DNA of 64,000 nucleotides from Ignavibacteriota bacterium (GTDB lineage Bacteria; Bacteroidota; Ignavibacteria; UBA10030; CAVZMI01), in assembly GCA_963776275.1 (NCBI GenBank), contig CAVZMI010000023.1:224001-288000 (forward strand), in the 5' to 3' direction. The position numbers and the translations under genes are program-made. Position 1 is the first letter of the stretch; each line of letters begins with the position of its first letter. Shown piece by piece: positions 54,744 through 64,000 of this stretch. The notes under the pieces are model-generated. The model worked only from the letters and a program-made list of their open reading frames with translations. It did not search any database and had not been told where the DNA came from.

Positions 54744-55454
54744 ATGTCCGCTGAGAAGTCACAACAAAATGAAAATCCAAAAACGATCATCGTTGTCGAA
54801 GACGATCCGATGCAGCAATTGATTCTGAGTAAGACTCTCGGTACTCATGGATATGAAGTAACAATAACAGATGATGGCCGGTCTGGACTGGAAAAAGCCC
54901 GCGTGGTAAAACCTAATGTTCTTATCACAGACTGGATGATGCCTGAAATGGATGGTGGAGAACTCTGCCGTCGAATTAAAGAAGATCCCGAACTTCGTTT
55001 TACTTATGTTATAATTCTCACTGCAAAAGAAGGAAGTGATGCAAAAATCCAGGGATTGGACAGTGGTGCCGATGACTATCTGGTAAAACCGTTTCAATTT
55101 GAAGAACTGCTTGCACGTGTGCGGGTCGGTTTCCGTATTCGCGCGTTACAACAAGAATTAGCATTCTTACAACATCAGCTTGCTATTGTCGAGCTTGCTC
55201 GGACTATGGGACATGAGATCAACAACCCGTTGGCAATTTTGAAGGGCTATATAGAACTTGCCGAGATTTACCTGAAGAAGCATCCGGATGAAACGCTGCA
55301 ACGACAGCTTTCACTGATACGATCTGCGGCAGAAAAAATACAGTTGGTCGTCGGACGATTGCAACAACTGAGAAATCCGACGCAGACAGAATATATTCGT
55401 GGAATGAATATGGTAGATTTGTGGGATATTGGAAAGAAAGATACACCGTTGTAG
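54744..55454 (+). CDS. Response regulator with HisKA-like dimerisation domain
   Basis: VVEDD, DWMMPEMDG, GADDYLVKPF, HEINNPL; no HATPase domain. Confidence 0.9.
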   Translation: MSAEKSQQNENPKTIIVVEDDPMQQLILSKTLGTHGYEVTITDDGRSGLEKARVVKPNVLITDWMMPEMDGGELCRRIKEDPELRFTYVIILTAKEGSDAKIQGLDSGADDYLVKPFQFEELLARVRVGFRIRALQQELAFLQHQLAIVELARTMGHEINNPLAILKGYIELAEIYLKKHPDETLQRQLSLIRSAAEKIQLVVGRLQQLRNPTQTEYIRGMNMVDLWDIGKKDTPL

Positions 55455-55523
55455 CCTTAACGGGAATCGAACCCGTATTTGAGCCTTGAGAGGGCTCCGT
55501 CCTGACCGTTAGACGATAAGGCC
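55452..55523 (-). tRNA. tRNA-Glu(CTC)
   Basis: Reverse complement GGCCTTATCGTCTAACGG...GAGCC-CTCTCAA-GGCTC...GTTCGATTCC. Confidence 0.92.
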
Positions 55524-55747
55524 TTGTAAATAGTGAATTGCGAATAGTGAGTTGTGAGTGTTTATTAAAGACTGTTCTTTAGCTAGTGAAGGGATGGCTG
55601 TGGAGCTTTTCTTTTTTCGGGTTTCAGCTCTCAAGCCGGACAACGAAAAATGAGTTGCTGGATATGAATGAAAAAGTAAAGGCTTATCGAAAAGAATCAG
55701 CCATCGAAACACTCACAATTCACAACTCAATATTCACAATTTACAAG

Positions 55748-55820
55748 CTGCCCCGCTAGGGCTCGAACCTAGACTTTCCTGATCCAGAGTCAGGCGTGTT
55801 GCCAATTACACCACGGGGCA
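55748..55820 (-). tRNA. tRNA-Gln(CTG)
   Basis: Reverse complement TGCCCCGTGGTGTAATTGG...CCTGA-CTCTGGA-TCAGG...GTTCGAGCC. Confidence 0.95.
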
Positions 55821-55996
55821 AAATTGTTTTAAATGTTAGTGAAAACTGACCTGAAAATCAAGCCTTTTTCCCTTTCTCTGCTTTACGGGCGAGGGAAATC
55901 ATTTCCTTGACTTTCCTTTCAGATTTTATTATTTTTGCACACTAAATTCGTTAAGATGTCGGATTTCCCCCTCTTCTCTACCCAAAGGAGTCTCCG

Positions 55997-56716
55997 GTGC
56001 CAAAACAGGAAAAGAAGGAACTGTATTTCGACGGGAGAAGTAAGCGGCTGTATCGCATTGAGAAATCCGATAGTGCACTTTTAGAGTTTAAGGACGAAAC
56101 AGAGTTACGTAATAAACAGAAAGTAAGGATTAAGGACCGAGGGTCGTTCAATAACGAGATTTCCGCATATCTTTTTGAATATCTTGAGGGATTTCATATA
56201 CCGACGTATTTTGTGAAAAAGATCTCTCCGACGGAATCCGTTGTTAAATCTCTTGATCTATTTCCTCTTGAGGTAGTGATTCGCAATGTGGCGGGTTCGG
56301 CATTTGCAAAGCGTTACGGAGTGAAAGAAGGAACCGACTTACCATATCCGGTTATTGAGCATTATTATGTGAACGAAGAGCTTCACAGTCCGTTTGTGAA
56401 CGAGTATCATGTGTACGTCCTATTGATCGCTTCACCCGAAGAGTTACGTATTATGAATCGTATGGCATCGAAGACCAACGCGGTACTCCGGTCGCTGTGC
56501 GATCGCCGGCGATTGAAGCTTGTCGATTGTACACTTCGTTTCGGCCGGCATAAAGGGCAGATTCTGTTGGGAGATGAAATCACTCCGGAAACATGTCAGT
56601 TCTGGGATGTTACGGGTCGCCGCATCGATAAAGAGCGGTTCCGCGTCGACGGCTCCGAATCACGCGAGGTTTATGAAGAAATTCGCAATCGCATTGTCAA
56701 GGGTATCAGTACTTGA
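55997..56716 (+). CDS. purC: SAICAR synthetase
   Basis: GRSKRLY, PLEVVIRNVA, LVD...FG, GDEITPETC, DKERFR. Confidence 0.88.
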   Translation: MPKQEKKELYFDGRSKRLYRIEKSDSALLEFKDETELRNKQKVRIKDRGSFNNEISAYLFEYLEGFHIPTYFVKKISPTESVVKSLDLFPLEVVIRNVAGSAFAKRYGVKEGTDLPYPVIEHYYVNEELHSPFVNEYHVYVLLIASPEELRIMNRMASKTNAVLRSLCDRRRLKLVDCTLRFGRHKGQILLGDEITPETCQFWDVTGRRIDKERFRVDGSESREVYEEIRNRIVKGIST

Positions 56717-56739
56717 TGATGAATGAGGGTGTGATGGGA

Positions 56740-57387
56740 ATGACGAGGTATGGCACCGATACGCTGCTGACAATCGGTATTGCGTGCCTTGTGATTATTC
56801 TTGCGGCTCTGTTTCTTATCAATCATACCACAGTTAAAGCTATTATCATTATTTTATCTGTGGTGTTTTTAGGCTTTTCGTTGAATTTTTTTAGAGATCC
56901 GCACCGTAATCCCCCACATAACGACAACGCAATTCTCTCTCCAGCCGACGGTACCGTCGTGCTGATTAAGGATGTCGATGAACGGGAATTTCTAAACGCG
57001 CCTGCAGTTCAGGTGAGTATTTTTATGTCTCCGCTTGATGTTCATGTAAATCGCTTCCCAATCAGCGGAACAGTGGTTTTTTTTCGTTATATTACTGGTG
57101 ACTATGTTGTGGCAATGGATGATAAATCGTCCGAACGGAATGAACGAACGCATATCGGAATTGAAAACGAACGATTCAGGGTGTTGATAAAACAAATCGC
57201 AGGATTTATTGCGCGAAGGATAGTATGCGATCTTCATGTCGGTGATCGTGCCGTTGCGGGTGAGCGATTCGGCATGATTAAATTCGGTTCCCGAGTCGAT
57301 GTGATTATGCCCGTTGGAACGGCGGTGAATGTCTCGCTGAATCAGCATGTCACCGCAGGTGAGACGGTTATCGGGATGATGAGGTAA
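56740..57387 (+). CDS. psd: Phosphatidylserine decarboxylase
   Basis: FFRDP, SPADG, IFMSPLDVHVNR, GMIKFGSRVD. Confidence 0.95.
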   Translation: MTRYGTDTLLTIGIACLVIILAALFLINHTTVKAIIIILSVVFLGFSLNFFRDPHRNPPHNDNAILSPADGTVVLIKDVDEREFLNAPAVQVSIFMSPLDVHVNRFPISGTVVFFRYITGDYVVAMDDKSSERNERTHIGIENERFRVLIKQIAGFIARRIVCDLHVGDRAVAGERFGMIKFGSRVDVIMPVGTAVNVSLNQHVTAGETVIGMMR

Positions 57388-57398
57388 AAGCATAGAAT

Positions 57399-57492
57399 GT
57401 TTCAGGTTTAAGGTTTTAAAGTTTCATGTTAAAATGCAGGGACCTGAAACCTGAAACCTGAAACCTGAAACCTGAAACTTTAAACTTGAAAC
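57399..57492. repeat. Inverted heptamer arrays (GTTTCAG / CTGAAAC)
   Basis: (CCTGAAA) x5 at 57443 facing GTTTCAG/GTTTAAG/GTTTCAT copies. Confidence 0.75.
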
Positions 57493-57528
57493 TCGTTGGT
57501 ACGGCGGTATCTTTTACGGGGATCTTTT

Positions 57529-58296
57529 ATGAGGATTACACGGGCGGTTGTACCGAGCTTGTTCACTGTGTTGAACATGTTCTGCGGTTTCAATGCAATC
57601 GTGAGTACTACCAACGGCGATTACGTCGTAGCAATCTGGTTTGTCGTCCTTGCAGGAGTGTTCGATTCTGTCGATGGAGTGATGGCACGACTCACCAAAT
57701 CGACGAGTCAGTTCGGCGTTGAGATCGATTCTCTGTCCGATATTGTATCCTTTGGTGTCGCGCCGTCGTTTATTGTGTATCACGTGTACCTGAAGGAACT
57801 CAACGGGCTCGGCATATTAATCAGTTCATTACTGATGATTTTCGGAGGGATTCGTCTGGCCCGGTTTAATGTCCAACTCGTCGGTTTTAATAAATCATTT
57901 TTCACCGGATTACCGATTCCTGCATCGGCAGTCACCGTCTGTTCATTTATCCTGCAGACGTACGATAACACGTTCGGATTGAATACCTTGGGCCGTGCGG
58001 TGCTTCCGTATCTTGTAATTGCGATATCACTGCTCATGGTCAGTCGTGTGAAGTACGATACGTTCCCCAAGTTTTCGAAGAAGGGAATAAAGAAGGAGCC
58101 GATAAAATTTTTCCTCTTTGTGGTTGGAGCTATCATCGTCATGGTTACGAAAGGGCAGGCGTTATTCGGTGTTTCATTGCTCTTCGTTATGTTAGGAGTG
58201 GTTCGATACGCGATCGGCTTTGGGAAACACCTACTCCACCCGTCATCGAAAGCCGCTGAAGAGGAAGAGACTGAAATAGGCAGCGTAGATTTTTAA
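57529..58296 (+). CDS. pssA: CDP-diacylglycerol--serine O-phosphatidyltransferase
   Basis: DSVDGVMARL...FGVEIDSLSDIVSFGVAP, RLARFN, FTGLPIP. Confidence 0.95.
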   Translation: MRITRAVVPSLFTVLNMFCGFNAIVSTTNGDYVVAIWFVVLAGVFDSVDGVMARLTKSTSQFGVEIDSLSDIVSFGVAPSFIVYHVYLKELNGLGILISSLLMIFGGIRLARFNVQLVGFNKSFFTGLPIPASAVTVCSFILQTYDNTFGLNTLGRAVLPYLVIAISLLMVSRVKYDTFPKFSKKGIKKEPIKFFLFVVGAIIVMVTKGQALFGVSLLFVMLGVVRYAIGFGKHLLHPSSKAAEEEETEIGSVDF

Positions 58297-58328
58297 TGAT
58301 TGTATGGTGTAAAAGAAAAGGACCGTGC

Positions 58329-58580
58329 GTGTTTATAGCAAAAATTACCGTCACTCTTCGGAAATCAATTCTTGATCCTCAAGGGAAAGCAGTCCTGCAC
58401 GGTGCCCATTCCTTGGGGTATACGGCTATCAATGATATACGGATAGGAAAGTTTATCGAAATGAAAATCAATGCCCCGACGGAAGCTGAAGCGCGTAGGG
58501 TCACAGAAGAAATATGCCAGAAACTACTGGCAAATCCAGTAATGGAAGATTATCTATATACAATGGAACAAAGCATATGA
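58329..58580 (+). CDS. purS: FGAM synthase subunit PurS
   Basis: [25 protein letters not shown]. Confidence 0.95.
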   Translation: MFIAKITVTLRKSILDPQGKAVLHGAHSLGYTAINDIRIGKFIEMKINAPTEAEARRVTEEICQKLLANPVMEDYLYTMEQSI

Positions 58581-59311
58581 ATTCAGAGATTAAATTCGGA
58601 GTCGTTGTTTTCCCGGGATCAAATTGTGACCATGACGCATATCATGTCGCGAAACATATCATGGGTCAGGATGCACGGTTTATCTGGCACAAGGAAAGAT
58701 CGGTCGGCGATGTCGACGTAGTTGTTCTTCCCGGAGGATTCTCCTATGGCGATTATCTGCGATGTGGTGCAATTGCACGTTTCTCGCCGGTAATGAAAGA
58801 TGTGGTCCGCTTTGCACACGAAGGCGGGACAGTCATCGGTATCTGCAACGGATTTCAGGTACTGTGCGAGGCAGGATTACTGCCCGGCGTGTTGCTGCGG
58901 AATCAATCGTTAAAATTCGAATGCCGCGTTGTCCGACTGAGAGTCGAAAACGCGCTGACACGATTTACACAAAAATATACGCGTGGGAATGTGATCTCGA
59001 TTCCGATCGCTCACGGCGACGGGAATTATTTTGCCGAACCTGACGTGATTCAGCAATTACTCGATCATCAGAGGATTGTATTCCGCTATTGTGATGCGAA
59101 TGGTGAAATTACGCCGGAATCGAATCCGAATGGATCGATATTGAATATCGCCGGAATTATCAATGAACGTGGAAATGTCCTGGGTATGATGCCGCATCCG
59201 GAACGCGCATCGGAAGTGCTGCTGGGAATGAACGACGGACGGAAAATTTTCGAGTCTATTATAGAGAGTGTTATGAATCAATGTTCAACAATCGCCGAAA
59301 GGGTGGGATGA
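58577..59311 (+). CDS. purQ: FGAM synthase subunit PurQ
   Basis: [33 protein letters not shown]. Confidence 0.97.
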   Translation: MNSEIKFGVVVFPGSNCDHDAYHVAKHIMGQDARFIWHKERSVGDVDVVVLPGGFSYGDYLRCGAIARFSPVMKDVVRFAHEGGTVIGICNGFQVLCEAGLLPGVLLRNQSLKFECRVVRLRVENALTRFTQKYTRGNVISIPIAHGDGNYFAEPDVIQQLLDHQRIVFRYCDANGEITPESNPNGSILNIAGIINERGNVLGMMPHPERASEVLLGMNDGRKIFESIIESVMNQCSTIAERVG

Positions 59312-59314
59312 GGA

Positions 59315-59512
59315 ATGAATCTGGGAGCACCGGAAATAATATTAATCATTCTTGTCATTGTCATTTTCTTTGGTGCCAAGAAAATCCCGGAACTTGCCCA
59401 GGGCCTGGGAAAAGGAATCAGAGAATTCCGTAAAGCTGCCCGCGAGATCGAAGAAGATGTCCAGCAAGAGCCGAAAAAACTCGACGAGAAACCATCGGAG
59501 GAGAAGAAGTAA
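59315..59512 (+). CDS. tatA: Twin-arginine translocase TatA/E
   Basis: FGAKKIPELAQGLGKGIREFRKA. Confidence 0.95.
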   Translation: MNLGAPEIILIILVIVIFFGAKKIPELAQGLGKGIREFRKAAREIEEDVQQEPKKLDEKPSEEKK

Positions 59513-59563
59513 TCTTGCAGAAATATTTCGGGCAAGAGCGGGTACACATGGGGAGATGGAATC

Positions 59564-59746
59564 ATGTTTGAAAACCTTGGTTTTGGAGAAATCCTTTTAA
59601 TTGCAGTTGTCATGCTGATTTTCTTTGGTCCGAAAAAACTACCGGAGATCGGGAAGAGCTTCGGCAAAGGATTATCGGAATTTAAGCGGGTAATGCGCGA
59701 TGTGCAGGATAGCATTACATCAGAAATCGACAAAGAAAAAAAATAG
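59564..59746 (+). CDS. tatA: Second TatA/TatB-family subunit
   Basis: FGPKKLPEIGKSFGKGLSEFK. Confidence 0.9.
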   Translation: MFENLGFGEILLIAVVMLIFFGPKKLPEIGKSFGKGLSEFKRVMRDVQDSITSEIDKEKK

Positions 59747-59832
59747 AGTGATCAGCAGCAATCCGACAGACCATCACTTACACCGAAGAAACGGATTATT
59801 TCCTTCTCTGACTATTTCAGGAGTGTTGAAGA

Positions 59833-61257
59833 GTGTCGATTCCTAAAGACTACGGAACACTACGCCGCATTCTTTTTGAACGCCGCATGAGTTGCCGTGG
59901 GGTGACCGAACACTATCTTGCAGCAATTGACAAGAAAAAACATCTCAACGCATTTCTCTCGGTTGATTCTGAGAATGTACTTCACCAGGCTGACGATGTC
60001 GATGCAAAGCTCGCTAATGGTACGGCCGGGCAGCTTGCGGGGATGGTAGTTGCTATAAAAGATAATATCTGCATCCGGGGCGGTTCTGCCTCATGTGCCT
60101 CAAAGATTCTTGAAAGTTTTCGATCATTGTATGATGCGACGGTAATTCAAAAACTTCGCAACGCCGACGCGATTCTGATAGGGAAAACCAATCTTGATGA
60201 ATTTGCTATGGGTTCTTCAACCGAAAATTCCGCTTTTGGTCCCGTAAAAAACCCCGTGGATGAATCAAGAGTACCCGGCGGCTCCAGCGGCGGTTCATGT
60301 GTTGCGGTGGCCGCTGAAATGGCAATGACCGCTCTCGGCTCCGATACGGGCGGGTCAATTCGTCAACCGGCGGCATTCTGCGGTATTGTCGGACTCAAAC
60401 CAACCTATGGTCGGGTGTCGCGGTACGGACTTGTCGCACTCTCATCATCGTTTGATCAGATCGGACGCTTCGCTCACAACGTCCGCGACGCCGCAAGCGT
60501 CCTGAGTGTGATCGCAGGACATGATCCCAATGACTCTACTTCGGCGAATATCCCCGTCCCGGATTATAACGATTTTCTCACACGGGAGATCAAGGGACTC
60601 CGCATTGGAATTGCACGTGAAGCATTCGGCGAAGGACTCCAGCAAGACACCAGAAAAGCGATCGAGCGAGTTCTCGATCTTCTCCGTTCCCTGGGTGCGA
60701 TTGTCGAAGAAATTTCGCTGCCCCATTCGGAATATACAACGGCGACATATTACATTCTGATGACGGCCGAAGCATCATCGAATCTCGCTCGCTACGACGG
60801 GGCACGATATGGATACCGGGCTTCACATCCGCATGATCTGGCTGAAATGTACACAAAATCAAGGAGTGAAGGATTCGGTCCAGAAGTGAAACGGCGAATC
60901 ATGCTCGGGATCTATGTCCTTTCAGCCGGATACTATGATGCATATTACCGAAAGGCTCAGAAAGTCCGCCGACTCATCCAGGAAGACTTCTTCACGGCTT
61001 TTAATAAGGTTGATTGTATTATTTCACCGGTATCGCCCACAACGGCATTTAAATGCGGTGAGAAAACCGCAGATCCGCTCCAGATGTATCTTTCGGATAT
61101 CTATACCGTCTCGGCAAATCTTGCCGGCATACCGGCTATCAGCATTCCCTGTGGGAAAGACCGTGATGGTTTGCCGATCGGTCTCCAGATCTCCGGGAAG
61201 CAATTTGACGAGACGACAATTCTTCGCTGTGCCGATACAATTGAATCACTCACATAA
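59833..61257 (+). CDS. gatA: Asp/Glu-tRNA amidotransferase subunit A
   Basis: [49 protein letters not shown]. Confidence 0.97.
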   Translation: MSIPKDYGTLRRILFERRMSCRGVTEHYLAAIDKKKHLNAFLSVDSENVLHQADDVDAKLANGTAGQLAGMVVAIKDNICIRGGSASCASKILESFRSLYDATVIQKLRNADAILIGKTNLDEFAMGSSTENSAFGPVKNPVDESRVPGGSSGGSCVAVAAEMAMTALGSDTGGSIRQPAAFCGIVGLKPTYGRVSRYGLVALSSSFDQIGRFAHNVRDAASVLSVIAGHDPNDSTSANIPVPDYNDFLTREIKGLRIGIAREAFGEGLQQDTRKAIERVLDLLRSLGAIVEEISLPHSEYTTATYYILMTAEASSNLARYDGARYGYRASHPHDLAEMYTKSRSEGFGPEVKRRIMLGIYVLSAGYYDAYYRKAQKVRRLIQEDFFTAFNKVDCIISPVSPTTAFKCGEKTADPLQMYLSDIYTVSANLAGIPAISIPCGKDRDGLPIGLQISGKQFDETTILRCADTIESLT

Positions 61258-61267
61258 TGACTGAACA

Positions 61268-62467
61268 ATGAATATTCCGGTCAGACTTGTAATAATTTTG
61301 TCGATCCTGATGGAGAGTACAATCGCCCAGCAAAAAGTGTTGACCGGAATTGATATACTCGAAAAAAATCATTATGCGCCGCTGGTCGGCAAACGGGTCG
61401 GATTGATCACAAACCAGACCGGCATTGATGTCAATGGAAAGAGTACAATTGAACTTCTGGCGCATGCTCCCGGAGTGAAACTCAGAGCACTGTTTGCTGC
61501 CGAGCATGGAATTACCGGTAATGAAGACCGCGAAGGTATCGCTGATACCATTGAATCAAAAACCGGTGTGAAAGTCTATTCTCTCTACGGTACGACACGC
61601 CGCCCGGCAGCAAAGATGCTGGCAAATATCGACATTCTTGTTTATGACATTCAGGATGTCGGAGCAAGGTATTACACCTACATCACGACGCTCGGATATG
61701 CCCTGGAAGAAGCGGCAAAATACAAAAAGAAATTTGTCGTGCTCGATCGGCCGGTGATGATTCGGGGCGATATTGTCGAAGGAGATGTTCTGCCGGATTC
61801 GGTCAGAAGTTTTATCGGCTATTATCCGATTTGTGTGCGGTATGGCATGACTCCCGGAGAGATAGCAACTATGTATCGGTCGATAGGGAAACTCGATGTC
61901 GATCTCGAGGTCATTAAGTGTGAAGGATGGAATCGGTCGATGTGGTTTGACGAGACAGGTTTGCTGTGGCGAAATCCGTCGCCCAATATTCGGAATTGCA
62001 GCGCAGCCATTCTGTATTCGGGGCTCGGTGCTCTTGAAGCCACAAACCTCTCGGTCGGCCGCGGTACCGACACGCCGTTCGAGGTGTATGGAGCTCCATT
62101 CCTCGATGCAAAGAAATTGGCGGACATGATGAATGCAATATATGTCGCAGGAGTACGCTTCCATCCTGTAGATTTTACACCAACATCGAGTACATTCAAA
62201 GGTGAACTCTGTCATGGTGTCCGCATAGAGATTATAGACCGGAACGCCATACGCACGTCGATACTCATGATTAAACTTGCTAATGAGATTCGGAAACAAT
62301 CACATCTATGGGATTATCATAAGGATGGCTTCAGGACGATGGTGGGTACGAACGACATGATTTCGATGTTTGATGCGGATGAATGCACATGTCACATTAC
62401 CTCGACATTTAGTTCGAAGGCGGCGCAATTCGAGCACTACCGGTTGCCGTATTTGCTTTATAAATAG
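61268..62467 (+). CDS. DUF1343/NamZ exo-beta-N-acetylmuramidase family protein
   Basis: VGLITNQTG, AEHG, DIQDVGARYYTY, SVGRGT..PF. Confidence 0.92.
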   Translation: MNIPVRLVIILSILMESTIAQQKVLTGIDILEKNHYAPLVGKRVGLITNQTGIDVNGKSTIELLAHAPGVKLRALFAAEHGITGNEDREGIADTIESKTGVKVYSLYGTTRRPAAKMLANIDILVYDIQDVGARYYTYITTLGYALEEAAKYKKKFVVLDRPVMIRGDIVEGDVLPDSVRSFIGYYPICVRYGMTPGEIATMYRSIGKLDVDLEVIKCEGWNRSMWFDETGLLWRNPSPNIRNCSAAILYSGLGALEATNLSVGRGTDTPFEVYGAPFLDAKKLADMMNAIYVAGVRFHPVDFTPTSSTFKGELCHGVRIEIIDRNAIRTSILMIKLANEIRKQSHLWDYHKDGFRTMVGTNDMISMFDADECTCHITSTFSSKAAQFEHYRLPYLLYK

Positions 62468-62523
62468 TCGAGAGATTTTTGATATATGTCTTGAATCACA
62501 AAAGGACTTTATTAAGATAGTGT

Positions 62524-63528
62524 ATGAGTATTCTCGTAGATAGAACCACACGACTTGTGGTTCAGGGTATTACAGGTGCAGAAGGAACATTTCATACACA
62601 GCAAATGATTGCCTACGGTACGAATGTTGTCGCTGGTGTCACCCCCGGCAAAGGGGGGATGATTTACAGAGGAGATGAAGCGAATATTTTTTCGAAGGAG
62701 ATACCGGTATTTAATACAGTAAGAGACGCTGTTGAAAAAATGAGGGCAAATTCCTCTGTGATCTTTGTTCCACAGGCTTTCGCTGCGGATGCGATCATGG
62801 AGGCGGCCGACGCAGGAATCCGTCTTGTTGTATGTATTACTGAAGGAATTCCGGTCAGCGATATGGTTCGCGTGAAAGAATATCTTCAAATGAAAACGAC
62901 ACGATTGATCGGGCCAAATTGTCCCGGTGTGATTACACCCGGCGCCGCAAAGATTGGCATCATGCCAGGATTTATCCATACAAAGGGGTCGGTTGGAGTT
63001 ATTTCTCGGAGCGGAACGCTGACCTACGAGGCCGTCTGGCAGCTCACACAATTAGGGTATGGACAATCAACCTGTATTGGTATTGGCGGTGATCCGATTA
63101 TCGGCACGAAATTTATAGATGCATTGAAATTGTTTAAGGATGATCTGCAGACTGAGGCAGTGGTCATGATCGGCGAAATCGGCGGGACTGCAGAAGAAGA
63201 AGCCGCGGCATACATTCGGAAAGAATTTCCAAAACCTGTCATCGGTTTCGTTGCCGGCCGGACAGCTCCGCCGGGACGAAGAATGGGACATGCGGGCGCT
63301 ATCATCTCCGGTGGAAAGGGAACCGCGGCCGAAAAAATAGCAGTAATGAAGAGAGCAGGAATCCACGTGGTCGAGAGTCCAGCCCGAATAGGTGCAACAC
63401 TGGCCGAAGTCCTTGAAAAAAGTAAAAAGAAAAATGCGGAACAAAAAAAGAAAATTAAGAAAGGAACGATAACAAAAACAATCCGTAAAGTTAAAAAGAA
63501 CAGAAGAACAAAGAAAATCAAACGTTAA
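62524..63528 (+). CDS. sucD: Succinyl-CoA synthetase alpha subunit with Lys-rich C-terminal tail
   Basis: [29 protein letters not shown]. Confidence 0.97.
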   Translation: MSILVDRTTRLVVQGITGAEGTFHTQQMIAYGTNVVAGVTPGKGGMIYRGDEANIFSKEIPVFNTVRDAVEKMRANSSVIFVPQAFAADAIMEAADAGIRLVVCITEGIPVSDMVRVKEYLQMKTTRLIGPNCPGVITPGAAKIGIMPGFIHTKGSVGVISRSGTLTYEAVWQLTQLGYGQSTCIGIGGDPIIGTKFIDALKLFKDDLQTEAVVMIGEIGGTAEEEAAAYIRKEFPKPVIGFVAGRTAPPGRRMGHAGAIISGGKGTAAEKIAVMKRAGIHVVESPARIGATLAEVLEKSKKKNAEQKKKIKKGTITKTIRKVKKNRRTKKIKR

Positions 63529-63545
63529 CATTTAGGAGAAATCAA

Positions 63546-63974
63546 TTGATAGAACGTACGCTTGCAATTTTAAAACCTGATTGTGTTTCAAAGAAACTTT
63601 TAGGCGAGGTGATCGCGCGCATAGAGAGAGCAGGATTTACTCTTGTTGCAATGAAAACGGTACGATTGACAAAAGAAACGGCGGAAGGATTTTATGCCGT
63701 CCATCGCAGCCAGCCATTTTTTGGGCCTCTTCTCGAATACATGAGTTCCGGAAAGTGCATCCCGATCGTGCTTGAAAAGGAGAATGCCGTCGCCGACTTC
63801 CGCACACTGATCGGTGCGACCGATCCGAAGGAGGCGGCGCCCGGGACGATCCGCAAGAAATTTGCCGAGAGCACGGTTAAAAATATAGTCCATGGTTCCG
63901 ATTCGGTAGAAAACGGCCGAATTGAAATAACGTATTTCTTTTCACAACGAGAATTGGTTTCACTTACGAAGTGA
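63546..63974 (+). CDS. ndk: Nucleoside diphosphate kinase
   Basis: [22 protein letters not shown]. Confidence 0.97.
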   Translation: MIERTLAILKPDCVSKKLLGEVIARIERAGFTLVAMKTVRLTKETAEGFYAVHRSQPFFGPLLEYMSSGKCIPIVLEKENAVADFRTLIGATDPKEAAPGTIRKKFAESTVKNIVHGSDSVENGRIEITYFFSQRELVSLTK

Positions 63975-64000
63975 TTCATAAAGAAATTAGGTTCTTGATT

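Overview
This is bacterial DNA, probably Ignavibacteria or a related Bacteroidota/Chlorobiota lineage (inferred from several T9SS C-terminal sorting domains, a TonB receptor and typical palindromic repeats). The left 12.6 kb is an integron-like cassette array of an unusual kind. A XerD/IntI-like tyrosine recombinase (11648-12583, minus) lacks the IntI-specific insertion and points INTO the array, with an attI-like site 13 bp past its stop codon. Eight attC-like sites share a fixed non-canonical 16/13-nt geometry and a branched fold. Six cargo cassettes carry their own 16-23 bp terminal inverted repeats. Cargo includes an R-M+Vsr system, a T9SS repeat protein, Zn-finger proteins and a duplicated ORF-less cassette, and an IS110-like end sits against the most distal site. 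The rest is mostly housekeeping and accessory genes (proBA, gltD, ldh, hrpB, metY, purC/S/Q, psd/pssA, tatA x2, gatA, sucD, ndk) plus five tRNAs. Also present: a Y1 transposase in 156-bp REP-like arrays, a Met-rich leader attenuator in tandem with a SAM-I riboswitch, and small TCCC...GGGA hairpin insertions in tRNA-like copies. Many single frameshifts suggest long-read indel errors. All calls are by eye; no searches were run.
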